Assembly (NCBI GenBank): GCA_048498955.1
Contig: JBEHWZ010000015.1
Coordinates: 23,437-87,436 of the forward strand
DNA: 64,000 nucleotides
From: Verrucomicrobiota bacterium
GTDB lineage: Bacteria; Verrucomicrobiota; Verrucomicrobiia; Opitutales; Opitutaceae
Reading direction: 5' to 3'
The translations under genes were made by a program, and so were the position numbers. Below are positions 36,568 to 46,330 of the stretch, piece after piece. The notes under the pieces are model-generated. The model searched no databases and was not told the origin of the DNA. It saw only the letters and a list, made by a program, of their open reading frames with translations. Position 1 is the stretch's first letter; every line of letters starts with the position of its first letter.

Positions 36568-38184
36568 ATGAAGAAATTTGCCTCCTCCCTTCTCGCCCTC
36601 TGGCAGCAACTCGGCCTGAACCAGCGCGTGTCGCTGGCCGTCGCCGCGGTCGCCGTTATCGGCGGCATGATCGCCGTCGTGATGTGGTCGCGCCGCCCCG
36701 ACTACCAGCTGCTCTACGCGCGCCTGGGCGACAAGGATTCCGCCGCCGTCATCAGCTATCTGCAGGGCCAGAACATCCCGATGCAGATCACCGGCAACGG
36801 CGCCAACGTTTCCGTTCCCGCCGACCGCGTCTACAAGCTGCGCATGGAACTCGCCGGCAAGGGCATTCCGAGCGGCGAGGGCGTCGGTTTTGAAATTTTC
36901 GACAAAGGCCAGTTCGGCCTCAGCGACTTCGTGCAGCGCACCAACTACCTGCGCGCCCTGCAGGGCGAACTCGCCCGCACCATCAGCCAGCTCAGCGGCG
37001 TGCGCGGCGCGCGCGTCATGATCGTGCAGCCGGAAAACCGCCTCCTGCTCACCGACACCGGCGTGAAGCCGACCGCTTCCGTTTTCGTCGACATGGGCGG
37101 CGGCCGCCTCGAGACCGACCAGGTCAACGCGATCCGCCACCTCGTCGCCAATTCCGTCCAGGGCCTCGGCCCCGACCAGGTCGCCGTCGTCGACAACCGC
37201 GGCCATGTTCTCTCCGAGGAACTGAAGCAGGACCCGACGCTCGGCACCGCCTCGTCGCAGATGCGCTACAAGCAACAGGTCGAGGATTACCTCTCCCACA
37301 AGGTCGAGACCATGCTCGGCCAGGTGCTCGGGCCGGGCCAGGCCATCGTTCGTGTGTCGGCCGAGATCGACACCGAGGCCACCACCATTTCCGCCGAGAA
37401 GTACGATCCGGACGGGCAGGTCGTCCGCTCGCAGACTTCGACCGAGGACACCAGCAACACCTCTGAAACCCGCACCGGCGGCGGCGCCGTGGGCGTCAGC
37501 GCCAACGTGCCGGAGAAGGCTGCCACGACCGATGCCGCCACCGCGCGCCCGGTTTCCAACAGCGAGCAGAACCGCAAGAACCGCACCACCACTTACGAGA
37601 TCAACCGCACCCTCACCAACACGACGCGCCAGCCGGGCACGATCAAGACCGTGACCGCCGCCGTGATGGTCGCGCAGCGTCCGCCGCTCGCCGCTGCGCC
37701 GGCCGCCGCGGGCGCCCCCGCCGCCGCGCCGCAACCGCGCGTCCGCACCGCCGAGGAACTCACCGCCCTTCGCCAGATCGTCGTCAACGCGCTCGGCCTC
37801 AAGCCCGAGCCCGGCCAGTCGCTCGACGCCATCGTCACCTTGCAGGAAGTTCCGTTCGCGGCCGAGCAGGTCAGCGAGCAGGTCCAGGCCATCCAGAAGG
37901 AAAACAAGTGGCAGGGCTGGATCGAGGCCGCGAGCCGCTGGTCCGCCGTCGCCGGCGCCGTCCTCGTCCTCTTCATCTTCCTCCGCGTCCTCGCCAAGCA
38001 GAAGCCCGAGCCGGTCCCGGTCGAGGTCCTCGCGATGCCGCCGGAGCTCGCCGCCCGCTCCCTGCAGAACGGCACCACCGTCACGCCGGAAATGCTCAAC
38101 GAGCTGATCAAGCAGAAGCCCGCCAACATCGGCACCGCCCTCCGCGACTGGGTCGGCACGCCCGCCGCCAGCGCCAAGAACTAA
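36568..38184 (+). CDS. fliF: MS-ring protein FliF
   Basis: GVGFEIFDK...NYLRALQGELARTI; two TM segments. Confidence 0.96.
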   Translation: MKKFASSLLALWQQLGLNQRVSLAVAAVAVIGGMIAVVMWSRRPDYQLLYARLGDKDSAAVISYLQGQNIPMQITGNGANVSVPADRVYKLRMELAGKGIPSGEGVGFEIFDKGQFGLSDFVQRTNYLRALQGELARTISQLSGVRGARVMIVQPENRLLLTDTGVKPTASVFVDMGGGRLETDQVNAIRHLVANSVQGLGPDQVAVVDNRGHVLSEELKQDPTLGTASSQMRYKQQVEDYLSHKVETMLGQVLGPGQAIVRVSAEIDTEATTISAEKYDPDGQVVRSQTSTEDTSNTSETRTGGGAVGVSANVPEKAATTDAATARPVSNSEQNRKNRTTTYEINRTLTNTTRQPGTIKTVTAAVMVAQRPPLAAAPAAAGAPAAAPQPRVRTAEELTALRQIVVNALGLKPEPGQSLDAIVTLQEVPFAAEQVSEQVQAIQKENKWQGWIEAASRWSAVAGAVLVLFIFLRVLAKQKPEPVPVEVLAMPPELAARSLQNGTTVTPEMLNELIKQKPANIGTALRDWVGTPAASAKN

Positions 38185-38188
38185 CCCG

Positions 38189-38223
38189 CCTGTCCTCCGT
38201 CATCTGTCCTCCGTCCTCTGATT
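38189..38223. repeat. 7-bp-period array, single arm
   Basis: CCTGTCC TCCGTCA TCTGTCC TCCGTCC TCTGATT. Confidence 0.7.
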
Positions 38224-38229
38224 ATCGCC

Positions 38230-39249
38230 ATGGCCGACATCGACTACACCAAGCTCAACCGCAACCAGAAGCTCGCGGTTTTCCTGATCTGCATCGGGCC
38301 GGAGTCGGCTGCCGAAGTGCTGAAGCAGTTTGACGACACCGAGGTCGAGGCGCTCTGCCGCGAAATGGCCGGTTTCCCCATGATTCCCGAGCCGGTGCAG
38401 AAGCAGGCGATCGAGGAGTTCACCAGCGTCGTCGCCGGCAGCGTCCAGTCCGCCACCGGCGGCATCGGCTTCGCCCAGCGCACGCTCGAGATCGCCAAGG
38501 GCGGCCACAAGGCCTCCGCCATCATCGGCCGCGTCGGTCCCGTCACGGGTTCGTCGGTCGATGCGATCAAGGACATTTCCGAAATGGAAGGCCGTCAGAT
38601 CTTCAACCTGATCAAGCACGAGCAGCCGCAGACGATTTCCTTCATCCTTTCCTACCTCGAGCCGTCGAAGTCCGCCGAGGTTTTCCCGCTGCTCAGCCCC
38701 GACCTGCGCGAGGAAGTCCTCGAGCGCCTCGGCACCATCGAGTCCACCTCGGTCGAACTCGTGAACAAGATCGCCCGCAGCCTGGGCAAGCATTTCGACT
38801 ACAAGACGCGTCCCTCGTTTCACCACAGCGGTGGCGTCCGCGCGGTCGCGGGCCTGCTCAACAGCCTCGAGAAGGATCTCAGCAAGACCCTCCTCGGCCG
38901 CCTCGAGGAGCGCAACGCGACCCTCAGCGCCGCCATCCGCAAGAAGCTCTTCAGCTTCGAGGATCTCAACCGCCTCCAGTCGGCCGACCTGCAGCGCATC
39001 CTCCGCGAGGTGGATTCGAGCAACCTGGCCATCTCGATGAAGTCCGCGAGCGAGTCGCTCCGCTCCAAGGTTTTCGCCGGCCTCTCCAAGCGCGCCGCCG
39101 AAGGCCTCAAGGAGGAAATCGAACTGCTCGGACCGGTGCGCCTCAAGGACGTCGAAGCCGCGCAGGACGTCATCATCCAGGCGGTCCGCCGCCTCGAGGA
39201 GGAAGGCCAGATCTCCATCGATGCCGACGCGGCCGCGGTGGTGGCGTGA
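38230..39249 (+). CDS. fliG: Motor switch protein FliG
   Basis: KLAVFLICIG, EQPQTISFILSYL, FSFEDL, LGPVRLKDVEAAQ. Confidence 0.96.
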   Translation: MADIDYTKLNRNQKLAVFLICIGPESAAEVLKQFDDTEVEALCREMAGFPMIPEPVQKQAIEEFTSVVAGSVQSATGGIGFAQRTLEIAKGGHKASAIIGRVGPVTGSSVDAIKDISEMEGRQIFNLIKHEQPQTISFILSYLEPSKSAEVFPLLSPDLREEVLERLGTIESTSVELVNKIARSLGKHFDYKTRPSFHHSGGVRAVAGLLNSLEKDLSKTLLGRLEERNATLSAAIRKKLFSFEDLNRLQSADLQRILREVDSSNLAISMKSASESLRSKVFAGLSKRAAEGLKEEIELLGPVRLKDVEAAQDVIIQAVRRLEEEGQISIDADAAAVVA

Positions 39250-39339
39250 TCCTAACCTCGTGAAAATATCCGCCCACATTTCGATCAATCTCGCCGAAGC
39301 TCTTCGAGCGAAGGCGGACGCCGTCGTCGCCTAAACCCC

Positions 39340-39540
39340 ATGCACGATTTCATCCAGTCCCTCAGTTTCCAGTCCCAGGGTTCGCCCACGCGCACCCAGC
39401 TCACGCTCGACGCCCTGCGCGGCGTGATGCGCAGCTTCGACGACGATGGCCCGACCTATCGTCCGAGCCCGCGTGATGCGAAACGTACGGCCAAGCACCG
39501 CTCGAACCGGAAGCTCCTCCGCCTAACTCATAACTCCTAA
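39340..39540 (+). CDS. Small hypothetical protein (66 aa)
   Basis: Strong G/C third-position bias over about 60 codons; C-rich start context (ccccATG); basic C-terminus. Confidence 0.55.
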   Translation: MHDFIQSLSFQSQGSPTRTQLTLDALRGVMRSFDDDGPTYRPSPRDAKRTAKHRSNRKLLRLTHNS

Positions 39541-39542
39541 CG
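39522..39542. repeat. Short 7-bp-period array
   Basis: CCTAACT CATAACT CCTAACG. Confidence 0.5.
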
Positions 39543-39562
39543 GATAACCGCGTTCCGCGCCC

Positions 39563-40141
39563 ATGGCCTTCGCCAAACTCATCGCCTTCGACCGTCCGCT
39601 CACCGGCGCCGCCCTGCCGGGTGGCGGCCGTGCGTACACCGAGGTGGAGATCTCCGCGCGCGCCGAGGAAGCCTACCGCAAGGGCGTCGATTCCGCCCGC
39701 GCCACGATGGACCAGAAGATGGTCGAGATGCGCGTGGACATGGAGCAGCTCAGCGATGGCGTCCTGAAGAAGCTCGCCGGCGTGGAAGCCGCGACGCTCA
39801 GCCAGCTGCGCGAGGCGCTGCCCGCGCTCGCCGTCGACATCGCGAAGCGCCTGCTTGCCGGCTACGAGCCGCCGCCGGAGATGGTGGCCAAGCTCTGCCA
39901 CGAGGCGCTCGAACAGCTTTTCCCGGAACGCGAAGGTCTCGAACTCTCGCTCTGCCCGCGCGACGCCGAGCTCCTGGAACACGTCAACCCCGGCTGGCTC
40001 GCCCGCTATCCGGGTCTGAAGGTGAAACAGGACGCCAACCTGCTGCCCGGCGACTGCCAGGTCCGCAGCCGCTTCGGCCTCACCGACGCGCGCCAGCAAA
40101 CCAAACTTTCCGTGCTCGCGCACGGCCTGACCGGGGAATAG
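39563..40141 (+). CDS. fliH: Export ATPase regulator FliH
   Basis: EEAYRKG motif; DANLLPGDCQV; located between fliG and fliI. Confidence 0.85.
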   Translation: MAFAKLIAFDRPLTGAALPGGGRAYTEVEISARAEEAYRKGVDSARATMDQKMVEMRVDMEQLSDGVLKKLAGVEAATLSQLREALPALAVDIAKRLLAGYEPPPEMVAKLCHEALEQLFPEREGLELSLCPRDAELLEHVNPGWLARYPGLKVKQDANLLPGDCQVRSRFGLTDARQQTKLSVLAHGLTGE

Positions 40142-40145
40142 CCGT

Positions 40146-40269
40146 GAACGTCGAACATCGAACATCGAACTTCGAACTTCCAACGCCGCACTTTTCGAAA
40201 GATGCGGCGATGATTGGTTCGTGCGTAGGGTTCAACGTTCAACGTTCGACGTTCGATGTTCGACGTTCA
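40146..40269. repeat. Inverted 7-bp-period array pair (GAACGTT family)
   Basis: GAACGTC GAACATC GAACATC GAACTTC GAACTTC ... GTTCAAC GTTCAAC GTTCGAC GTTCGAT GTTCGAC. Confidence 0.9.
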
Positions 40270-40283
40270 TGCGGAGGTGCCGC

Positions 40284-41609
40284 ATGAGCACCGTTTCCGT
40301 AGGCCCGCTCGTTGATGTGCTTCGCTCGCAGGTGCGCCATGCTCCGGCGGTGCAGCGCGTCGGTACCGTCACGGGTATCGCCGGCCTGATCATCGATTCC
40401 GAGGGTCCGAACGTCGGTCTCGGTGAAATCTGCGTCGTGAAATCGCCGCGCACGGGCTACTCGGTCCGCGCCGAGGTGGTCGGTTTCCGCGAGCACCGCG
40501 TGCTGCTCATGCCGCTCGGCGACACCGCCGGCCTGCACGTGGGTTGCGAAGTTGCCGCCGCCGATCGTCCGCCTTTGCCGAAACCGGGTCCGGAATTGCT
40601 GGGCCGCGTGCTCGATGCGCTGGGCCGTCCGATGGACGACCTCGGCCTGCTGCCGGTCGACCGCGCCGCGCATGACGCCAAGCCGCCGCATCCGCTCCGC
40701 CGTCAGCGCATCAAGGATCCGCTCCCGACCGGCGTACGCGCCATCGACACTTTCGTTCCCGTGGGCCGCGGCCAGCGCATCGGTCTCTTCGCCGGTTCCG
40801 GCGTCGGTAAGTCCACGCTCCTCGGCATGATCGCCCGCGGCTGCAATGCCGACGTCGTGGTCATCGGCCTGGTGGGTGAACGTGGCCGCGAAGTGCGCGA
40901 GTTCATCGAAAAGGACCTCGGCCCCGAGGGCCTGAAGCGCTCCGTCGTCGTGGTCGCCACGTCCGACACGTCCGCGCCGTTGCGCCTGCGCGCCGCCTCC
41001 ACCGCGACCTCGATCGCCGAGGCTTATCGCGACCAGGGCAAAAACGTTCTCCTGATGATGGACTCGGTCACGCGCTATGCGATGGCCCAGCGCGAGATCG
41101 GCCTGGCCATCGGCGAACCGCCGACCACGCGCGGTTACACGCCGTCCGTTTTCGCCATGCTGCCCCGCCTGCTCGAGCGCACCGGCGCCGGCGAGAAGGG
41201 TTCCATCACCGCGATTTACACCGTGCTCGTCGAAGGCGACGACATGAACGAACCCGTGGCGGACGCCGTGCGCGGTATTCTCGACGGCCACTTGGTGCTT
41301 TCGCGCCATCTCGCTCATTTCAACCACTATCCGGCGATTGACGTGCTCGAGAGCGTCAGCCGTCTGACCCGCGACATCTGCACGCCCGAGGAGGTCGCCA
41401 CCGCGGCGGCCGCGCGCGAGAGCCTGGCGGTTTACCGCAAGAACGAGGACCTCGTCTCCATCGGCGCCTACCAGAAGGGCGGCAATCCCTCGCTCGACCG
41501 GGCGATCACGCTGCAGGAACCGCTGCGCAAATTCCTCTGTCAAGGAGTGAACGAGTTCTCTGCGCGCAAGGACAGCTTCGCCAAAATCAAATCCATCGTC
41601 TCGCCATGA
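40284..41609 (+). CDS. fliI: Flagellar export ATPase FliI
   Basis: GLFAGSGVGKST, LVGERGREV, MDSVTR, YPAID; ATG at 40284. Confidence 0.97.
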   Translation: MSTVSVGPLVDVLRSQVRHAPAVQRVGTVTGIAGLIIDSEGPNVGLGEICVVKSPRTGYSVRAEVVGFREHRVLLMPLGDTAGLHVGCEVAAADRPPLPKPGPELLGRVLDALGRPMDDLGLLPVDRAAHDAKPPHPLRRQRIKDPLPTGVRAIDTFVPVGRGQRIGLFAGSGVGKSTLLGMIARGCNADVVVIGLVGERGREVREFIEKDLGPEGLKRSVVVVATSDTSAPLRLRAASTATSIAEAYRDQGKNVLLMMDSVTRYAMAQREIGLAIGEPPTTRGYTPSVFAMLPRLLERTGAGEKGSITAIYTVLVEGDDMNEPVADAVRGILDGHLVLSRHLAHFNHYPAIDVLESVSRLTRDICTPEEVATAAAARESLAVYRKNEDLVSIGAYQKGGNPSLDRAITLQEPLRKFLCQGVNEFSARKDSFAKIKSIVSP

Positions 41610-42058
41610 AAAAGTTCCGCTTCCCCCTCCAACCCGTGGGTGTGTTACGCGCCCATCAGGAACTCCGGGCCCGCGAGCTGTTCGCCGCCGCGGTCCACCA
41701 CTATGTGCAGAGCGAGGAACGCCTGGCCGCGCTGCGCAAGCGCGTCGCCGACCTGGCGGAGGTGCTTTTCCACGGCCGCTCCGACCGCTTTCTCGCGTCC
41801 GACGCGGCCGCGCTGCTCCGCGTTTACAGCGGTGAGTGCAACGCCGTCATCCTGCTCGAGCGCGAGGTCATCGAGGCCCGCGACGCGATGCAGAAGAGCC
41901 GCAGCGAATACATCGAGGCCAACCGCCGCCTGAAGACCGTCCAGAAGCTCGAGGAAAAAGCGCGCGCCCGGCACCGCCTGGACAGCCTGCGCGCCGAGCA
42001 ATCCGAACTCGACGAACTCGCGGGCTTCCGCGCCTTCCGTCAACCCGCCTTGTCATGA
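41606..42058 (+). CDS. fliJ: Flagellar export protein FliJ
   Basis: MKKFRFPLQPV; coiled coil; EQSELDE; coupled to fliI. Confidence 0.9.
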   Translation: MKKFRFPLQPVGVLRAHQELRARELFAAAVHHYVQSEERLAALRKRVADLAEVLFHGRSDRFLASDAAALLRVYSGECNAVILLEREVIEARDAMQKSRSEYIEANRRLKTVQKLEEKARARHRLDSLRAEQSELDELAGFRAFRQPALS

Positions 42059-42666
42059 AGCTACTCGCCAATCCCATTCTCGTCACCCTGATCGGCATCC
42101 TCTCCGGGACCGCCGTCGGCCTCAGCACCTTTTGGCGCGCCGCCAACAAGATGATCGACGCTTCCATTGCCGCCCGTCCCGCGCCGCCCGAGGCGGAAGG
42201 GAAGGAGCAGGGCTGGGATTTCTGGACGATCGAGATCGACGGCCTTTCCTCCGAGCTCAAGGACGAGAAGGCCCGCCTGCGCCAGCAGGCCGAGGCGCTC
42301 AACCAGCGCGCCGCCCGCCTGACGTCCGAGCAGCAGGAACTCGCCAAGGTCCGCACCGAGATCGAGTCGATGCGCGCCGAGATCAACCGCAAGGTGGTCG
42401 AGATCACCACGGACGAGTCGAAGAATTTAAAGAGCCTCGCCCAGACCTACAGCACCCTCACGCCGAAGGGCGCGGTCGCCATCTTCAAGGAGATGGACGA
42501 CACCACGGCCGTCAAAATCCTTTCCCTGATGAAGTCCGACATCGTCGGCCCGATCTTCGAGGAAATGGCGAAGACCGCCGGGCCGGACGGCACGCCGCTC
42601 GCCAAGCGCGCCGCGGCCTTGTCCGAAAAGCTCCGTTTGATGAAGGCCACCAAGGCCGGCCCCTGA
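42055..42666 (+). CDS. FlbB/YlxF/MotE-like protein
   Basis: N-terminal TM, coiled coil, LAQTYSTLTPKGAVAIF...AVKILSLMK MgtE_N-like repeat; position after fliJ. Confidence 0.75.
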   Translation: MKLLANPILVTLIGILSGTAVGLSTFWRAANKMIDASIAARPAPPEAEGKEQGWDFWTIEIDGLSSELKDEKARLRQQAEALNQRAARLTSEQQELAKVRTEIESMRAEINRKVVEITTDESKNLKSLAQTYSTLTPKGAVAIFKEMDDTTAVKILSLMKSDIVGPIFEEMAKTAGPDGTPLAKRAAALSEKLRLMKATKAGP

Positions 42667-42737
42667 TCATTTCACTCCCCCCGTAACCGGCGTGCCACGG
42701 CTGGCACAATGCCGCGCTCCAAGGATGGACGTTAAAC

Positions 42738-44243
42738 ATGACCTCCACCTTGCCCAACATCCCTGCGAACACCGCCGCCGCCGCGACGGGTTCTAAGTCC
42801 ATTTCGCCGGCCGACCTCAAGTCGGCGGGCGCCACGCCGTCCGCGCACGACGGCGCGTTCGACGACCTGCTGCCGCAGCCGAAGGCGAAAGCGCCGGAAA
42901 AGGCCCCGGAAAACACCACTTCCAGCTCGTCCAGCATCCAGGCGATGTGCGTCAGCGAGACCGATGCCACGGACTCGACTGAAGCCGTCGACGAGACGAC
43001 CACCGATTCCGACAAGGAAGTTTCCCAGGACACGCTCGAGCAGGCCGCCGCGTTTGTCGCGGGCCTGATGCAGACGTTGCTGCCCGAAGTCACCGTGCCG
43101 GCCTTGGCCGGTGGTGCGGCGCAAAGCGCGCCGACCGCGAAGGCGGGACAGGAGCCGGGCGTTCCCGCCGCCCAGGTGGCGGGCGTATCGCCGGAGGGCG
43201 CGCGCGTGACGGGCCAAACGGCGAAAACCGATGAGGCTGCCGCCGCGAATTTCGAAGTCACCCAGGCCGCCGACGGCGCCGTCGACATCAAGCTCGACCT
43301 GCCGCAGGCCAAAAACGCCGAAGGCAAGGCCGACGCTTCCGGTACGGCGGTCGAGATCAAGGCCGAGCTGGAATTGCCCGGCCAGGCCGTCATGCGCCTC
43401 GAGGCCAATGGCTCGTTTTCGTCCGAAACCGGCGCCCAAACCGCTCAGGCAAATTTTGCCGCGAAAAAGGGCCGGTCGAAAACCGGTCTCGATTCCGGTG
43501 AATCGACATGCGAAATAAATTTTGTATCCACTGCGGATGAACGGGTTAAGACGCGGTCGCCCGAGTCTGGCATCACCGTTGCTAAAACGGAGGCCACCAT
43601 GCCCACCTCCACTTCCGACGAAACGCGCGCGACCAGCAACCAAGTCACCCACGTTGGTTTGCCCGCTCGCGGCGAGTTCTCGGTGGCATGGCCTTCGGCC
43701 GAAAAGACCGCGGAAGCGGCCGTCGCGCCGGTGGAAAACAACTTTGCCGAGCGCGCCGTGGCCACGGTCACGGGCCTGGCTGAAGCGCAATTCTCCGCCA
43801 GCATGCAGAAGTCCGGCAGCGTGCAGCTGAAGCTCAAGTTTGGCGGCGAGGACCTCAGCGTCCGCGTCGAACTCCGCGGCGGCACCGTCCACACCGATTT
43901 CCGCACCGATTCCGCCGAGCTGCGCGCCGCGCTGACCCGCGAGATGCAGGCGGTGGCGGGCGAGTCGCCCGACCAGCTCCGCCGCTACGCCGAGCCGGTC
44001 TTCTCGCCGGCGACGGCTTCCTCGTCCTCTTCGGGCGATTCGTACCAGCAGCCCGGCCGCCAGACCACGGCGCAGCAGGATCTCTCGCAGCAACAGCAGC
44101 AGCGCATGCCGCGCACGCAGCAGGAAGAGATGGCGCCGTTCGCGCGTCGCTCGCTCCTCCGCGAAACCTTTTTCCCCGAGCCGGCCGCCCCGCGCGCCCC
44201 GGCTCTTTTGCCGACGTCCCTCCGCCTCTCAGCCCTCGCCTAA
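42738..44243 (+). CDS. fliK: Hook-length control protein FliK
   Basis: Long A/T/S/P-rich region; C-terminal SVQLKLKFGGEDLSVRVELRGGTVHTDF; precedes flgD. Confidence 0.75.
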   Translation: MTSTLPNIPANTAAAATGSKSISPADLKSAGATPSAHDGAFDDLLPQPKAKAPEKAPENTTSSSSSIQAMCVSETDATDSTEAVDETTTDSDKEVSQDTLEQAAAFVAGLMQTLLPEVTVPALAGGAAQSAPTAKAGQEPGVPAAQVAGVSPEGARVTGQTAKTDEAAAANFEVTQAADGAVDIKLDLPQAKNAEGKADASGTAVEIKAELELPGQAVMRLEANGSFSSETGAQTAQANFAAKKGRSKTGLDSGESTCEINFVSTADERVKTRSPESGITVAKTEATMPTSTSDETRATSNQVTHVGLPARGEFSVAWPSAEKTAEAAVAPVENNFAERAVATVTGLAEAQFSASMQKSGSVQLKLKFGGEDLSVRVELRGGTVHTDFRTDSAELRAALTREMQAVAGESPDQLRRYAEPVFSPATASSSSSGDSYQQPGRQTTAQQDLSQQQQQRMPRTQQEEMAPFARRSLLRETFFPEPAAPRAPALLPTSLRLSALA

Positions 44244-44250
44244 AATTACC

Positions 44251-44718
44251 ATGCCTGTCGACGCCACCACTTCCAACACCGCCAACACCGCCGCGAACAT
44301 CGCGTCCGGCAGCACGGTCGCCCGCAAGGTCAAGACGCAGCTCGATTCCGACGACTTCATGAAGCTCCTCGCGGTCCAGTTCCAGAGCCAGGACCCGATG
44401 AAGCCGATGGAGGACACCGCGTTCATCTCGCAGATGGCGCAGTTCACCGCGCTCCAGACGAGCAACACCACCGCCAGCCAGATCTCGCTGCTCCGCGCCG
44501 ACCAGCAGAACGCCTCCGCCACCGGCATGCTCGGCCGCACCGTCACCACCACGGATGCGAAGGGCAACACGCACACCGGCCAGGTTTCCGCGGTCGTCAG
44601 CACCGACGACGGCCCGGCCCTCGTCATCGATGGCACGAATTACCCTCTCTCCACCGTCACGCGCGTGGAAAACACCGTCACAACTCCCGCCGCCGACGCT
44701 TCCACGCCGACCGCCTAA
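44251..44718 (+). CDS. flgD: Hook cap protein FlgD
   Basis: DDFMKLLAVQFQSQDPMKPMEDTAFISQMAQF. Confidence 0.95.
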   Translation: MPVDATTSNTANTAANIASGSTVARKVKTQLDSDDFMKLLAVQFQSQDPMKPMEDTAFISQMAQFTALQTSNTTASQISLLRADQQNASATGMLGRTVTTTDAKGNTHTGQVSAVVSTDDGPALVIDGTNYPLSTVTRVENTVTTPAADASTPTA

Positions 44719-44739
44719 AACTTAACCCACTGCTCCTCC

Positions 44740-45597
44740 ATGTCACTCATCGGTACTCTCACCTCGGGCGTCAGCGCCCTCCGCACCTTCAGCAAAGGCC
44801 TCGAAGTCATCGGCAACAACATCGCGAACATCAACACCACGGGCTACAAGAGCGCGCAGGCGACGTTCGCCGACAGCTTCAGCAACACGCTCCGCGCCTC
44901 GGCGCCGTCGAGCGGCACCACCTCCAGCCAGTCCGCCCTCCAGGTCGGCACCGGCGTGCAGCTCGCCGCCATCCAGACCAATTTCAACCAGGGTTCGCTG
45001 AACAGCACGGGCAACGTCACCGACCTCGGCATCTCCGGCAAGGGCTTCTTCATCGTGAAGGACGCCACCAGTGGCGTGACCTACGCGACGCGCGACGGCC
45101 AGTTCCGTCCCGATGACAACGGCTATCTCGTGACTTCCGGCGGCCTGCGCGTGCAGGGCTTGGTCGGTTCGCCGGCGGCGATCGGCGACATCCAGATCGG
45201 CGCGAACGTCCCCTCCGGCGCCGAGCTGCAGTCCATCAGCTTCGACACCGCCGGTCACCTGATCGAGTCGTACTCCGACGGCACTTCCGCCACCACGGGC
45301 CAGATTCAGCTGCAAAGCTTCGCCGACCAGACCGCGCTGATGCGCGACGGCCAGAACCTTTACACCGGCCTGTCCGCGGCCGGCCCGATCGGCGGCGGCA
45401 TCCTCGCCGGATCCAACGATCCTGGTTCCTCCGGTCTCGGCCTCATCCAGTCCGGCACGCTCGAGTCCTCAAACGTCGACCTGACCGACCAGTTCTCCCA
45501 GCTCATCACGACGCAGCGCAGCTTCCAGGCTGGCTCCCGTCTCATCACGGTGTCCGACAGCATTCTCGAGGACGTCGTCAACCTGAAGCGCAGCTAA
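44740..45597 (+). CDS. flgE: Hook protein FlgE (short, 285 aa)
   Basis: VIGNNIANINTTGYK, GTGVQL, GKGFF, TRDGQF, LESSNVDLTDQF...QRSFQA. Confidence 0.93.
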   Translation: MSLIGTLTSGVSALRTFSKGLEVIGNNIANINTTGYKSAQATFADSFSNTLRASAPSSGTTSSQSALQVGTGVQLAAIQTNFNQGSLNSTGNVTDLGISGKGFFIVKDATSGVTYATRDGQFRPDDNGYLVTSGGLRVQGLVGSPAAIGDIQIGANVPSGAELQSISFDTAGHLIESYSDGTSATTGQIQLQSFADQTALMRDGQNLYTGLSAAGPIGGGILAGSNDPGSSGLGLIQSGTLESSNVDLTDQFSQLITTQRSFQAGSRLITVSDSILEDVVNLKRS

Positions 45598-45607
45598 GCC
45601 TTAAACC

Positions 45608-46240
45608 ATGTCCGCCAAACCCGACGCCAAAGAAGCTCCCGCCGCCCCGGAAAAAGCCGGCACGGCTCCGGCGGAAGCCGCGGCTGCCCCCAAGAAAGCT
45701 TCGCCGATCGCGGCGATCCTTCCGCTGGTGGCTGCCATAGTCATCGCGCCGGCCGCGAGCTGGGCTGTCGCCCAGTTCGTGTTGCTGCCCAAACTCCAAG
45801 CCAAGCTCGCCGCCGCACCGGCCGAGGGTGGCGAACCCGCCCATGCTTCCGCCGAAAAGGAAAAGCCCGCCAAGAAGGAAGGCGGGCACGGCGAAAAGAA
45901 GAAGGGCGGCAAGGAAGGCGAGGGTGGTGGCGGCAGTGAGGACACCTACGAATTCACCAACGTCGTCGTTAACCTCTCCGGCACGATGGGCACGCGTTAC
46001 CTCAAGACCAGCTTCGTGGTCACGGGCGCCAAGCCCGACGTGATCAAGGAAGCCTTCGAGGGCAACAAGGCCCGTCTCACCGATGTCACGCTCGGCGTGC
46101 TCTCGTCCCTCAGTCTCTCCGACCTCGAGGAACCCGGCGCGAAGAACGTCCTGCGCGAGAAGCTCGTCTCGGCCTACAACCAGGCCTTGGGCAGCCGCGT
46201 GGCCGACCAGGTGTACTTCTCCGACTTCGTGGTGCAGTAA
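45608..46240 (+). CDS. fliL: Basal body-associated protein FliL
   Basis: Single TM; VVVNLSG...RYLK; VYFSDFVVQ C-terminus. Confidence 0.92.
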   Translation: MSAKPDAKEAPAAPEKAGTAPAEAAAAPKKASPIAAILPLVAAIVIAPAASWAVAQFVLLPKLQAKLAAAPAEGGEPAHASAEKEKPAKKEGGHGEKKKGGKEGEGGGGSEDTYEFTNVVVNLSGTMGTRYLKTSFVVTGAKPDVIKEAFEGNKARLTDVTLGVLSSLSLSDLEEPGAKNVLREKLVSAYNQALGSRVADQVYFSDFVVQ

Positions 46241-46255
46241 CCGCGCAGCGATTCC

Positions 46256-46314
46256 ACACGAAGAAGCCAAGAAACCAAGCCAACCCAATCCTTCGCTGCT
46301 TAGCTGCTTCGTGT
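46256..46314. repeat. Inverted 8-bp-period array pair
   Basis: ACACGAAG AAGCCAAG AAACCAAG ... CTTCGCTG CTTAGCTG CTTCGTGT. Confidence 0.7.
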
Positions 46315-46330
46315 TTTTCCTTTCCTGACC

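Noticed and set aside
39260-39334. 24-codon GTG ORF ending ADAVVA, echoing the FliG C-terminus (AAAVVA)
   Set aside because: Too short with weak nucleotide similarity; likely coincidence.
42702-42716. TGGCAC upstream of fliK as a sigma54 promoter
   Set aside because: No TTGC at the required spacing (reads CGCG).
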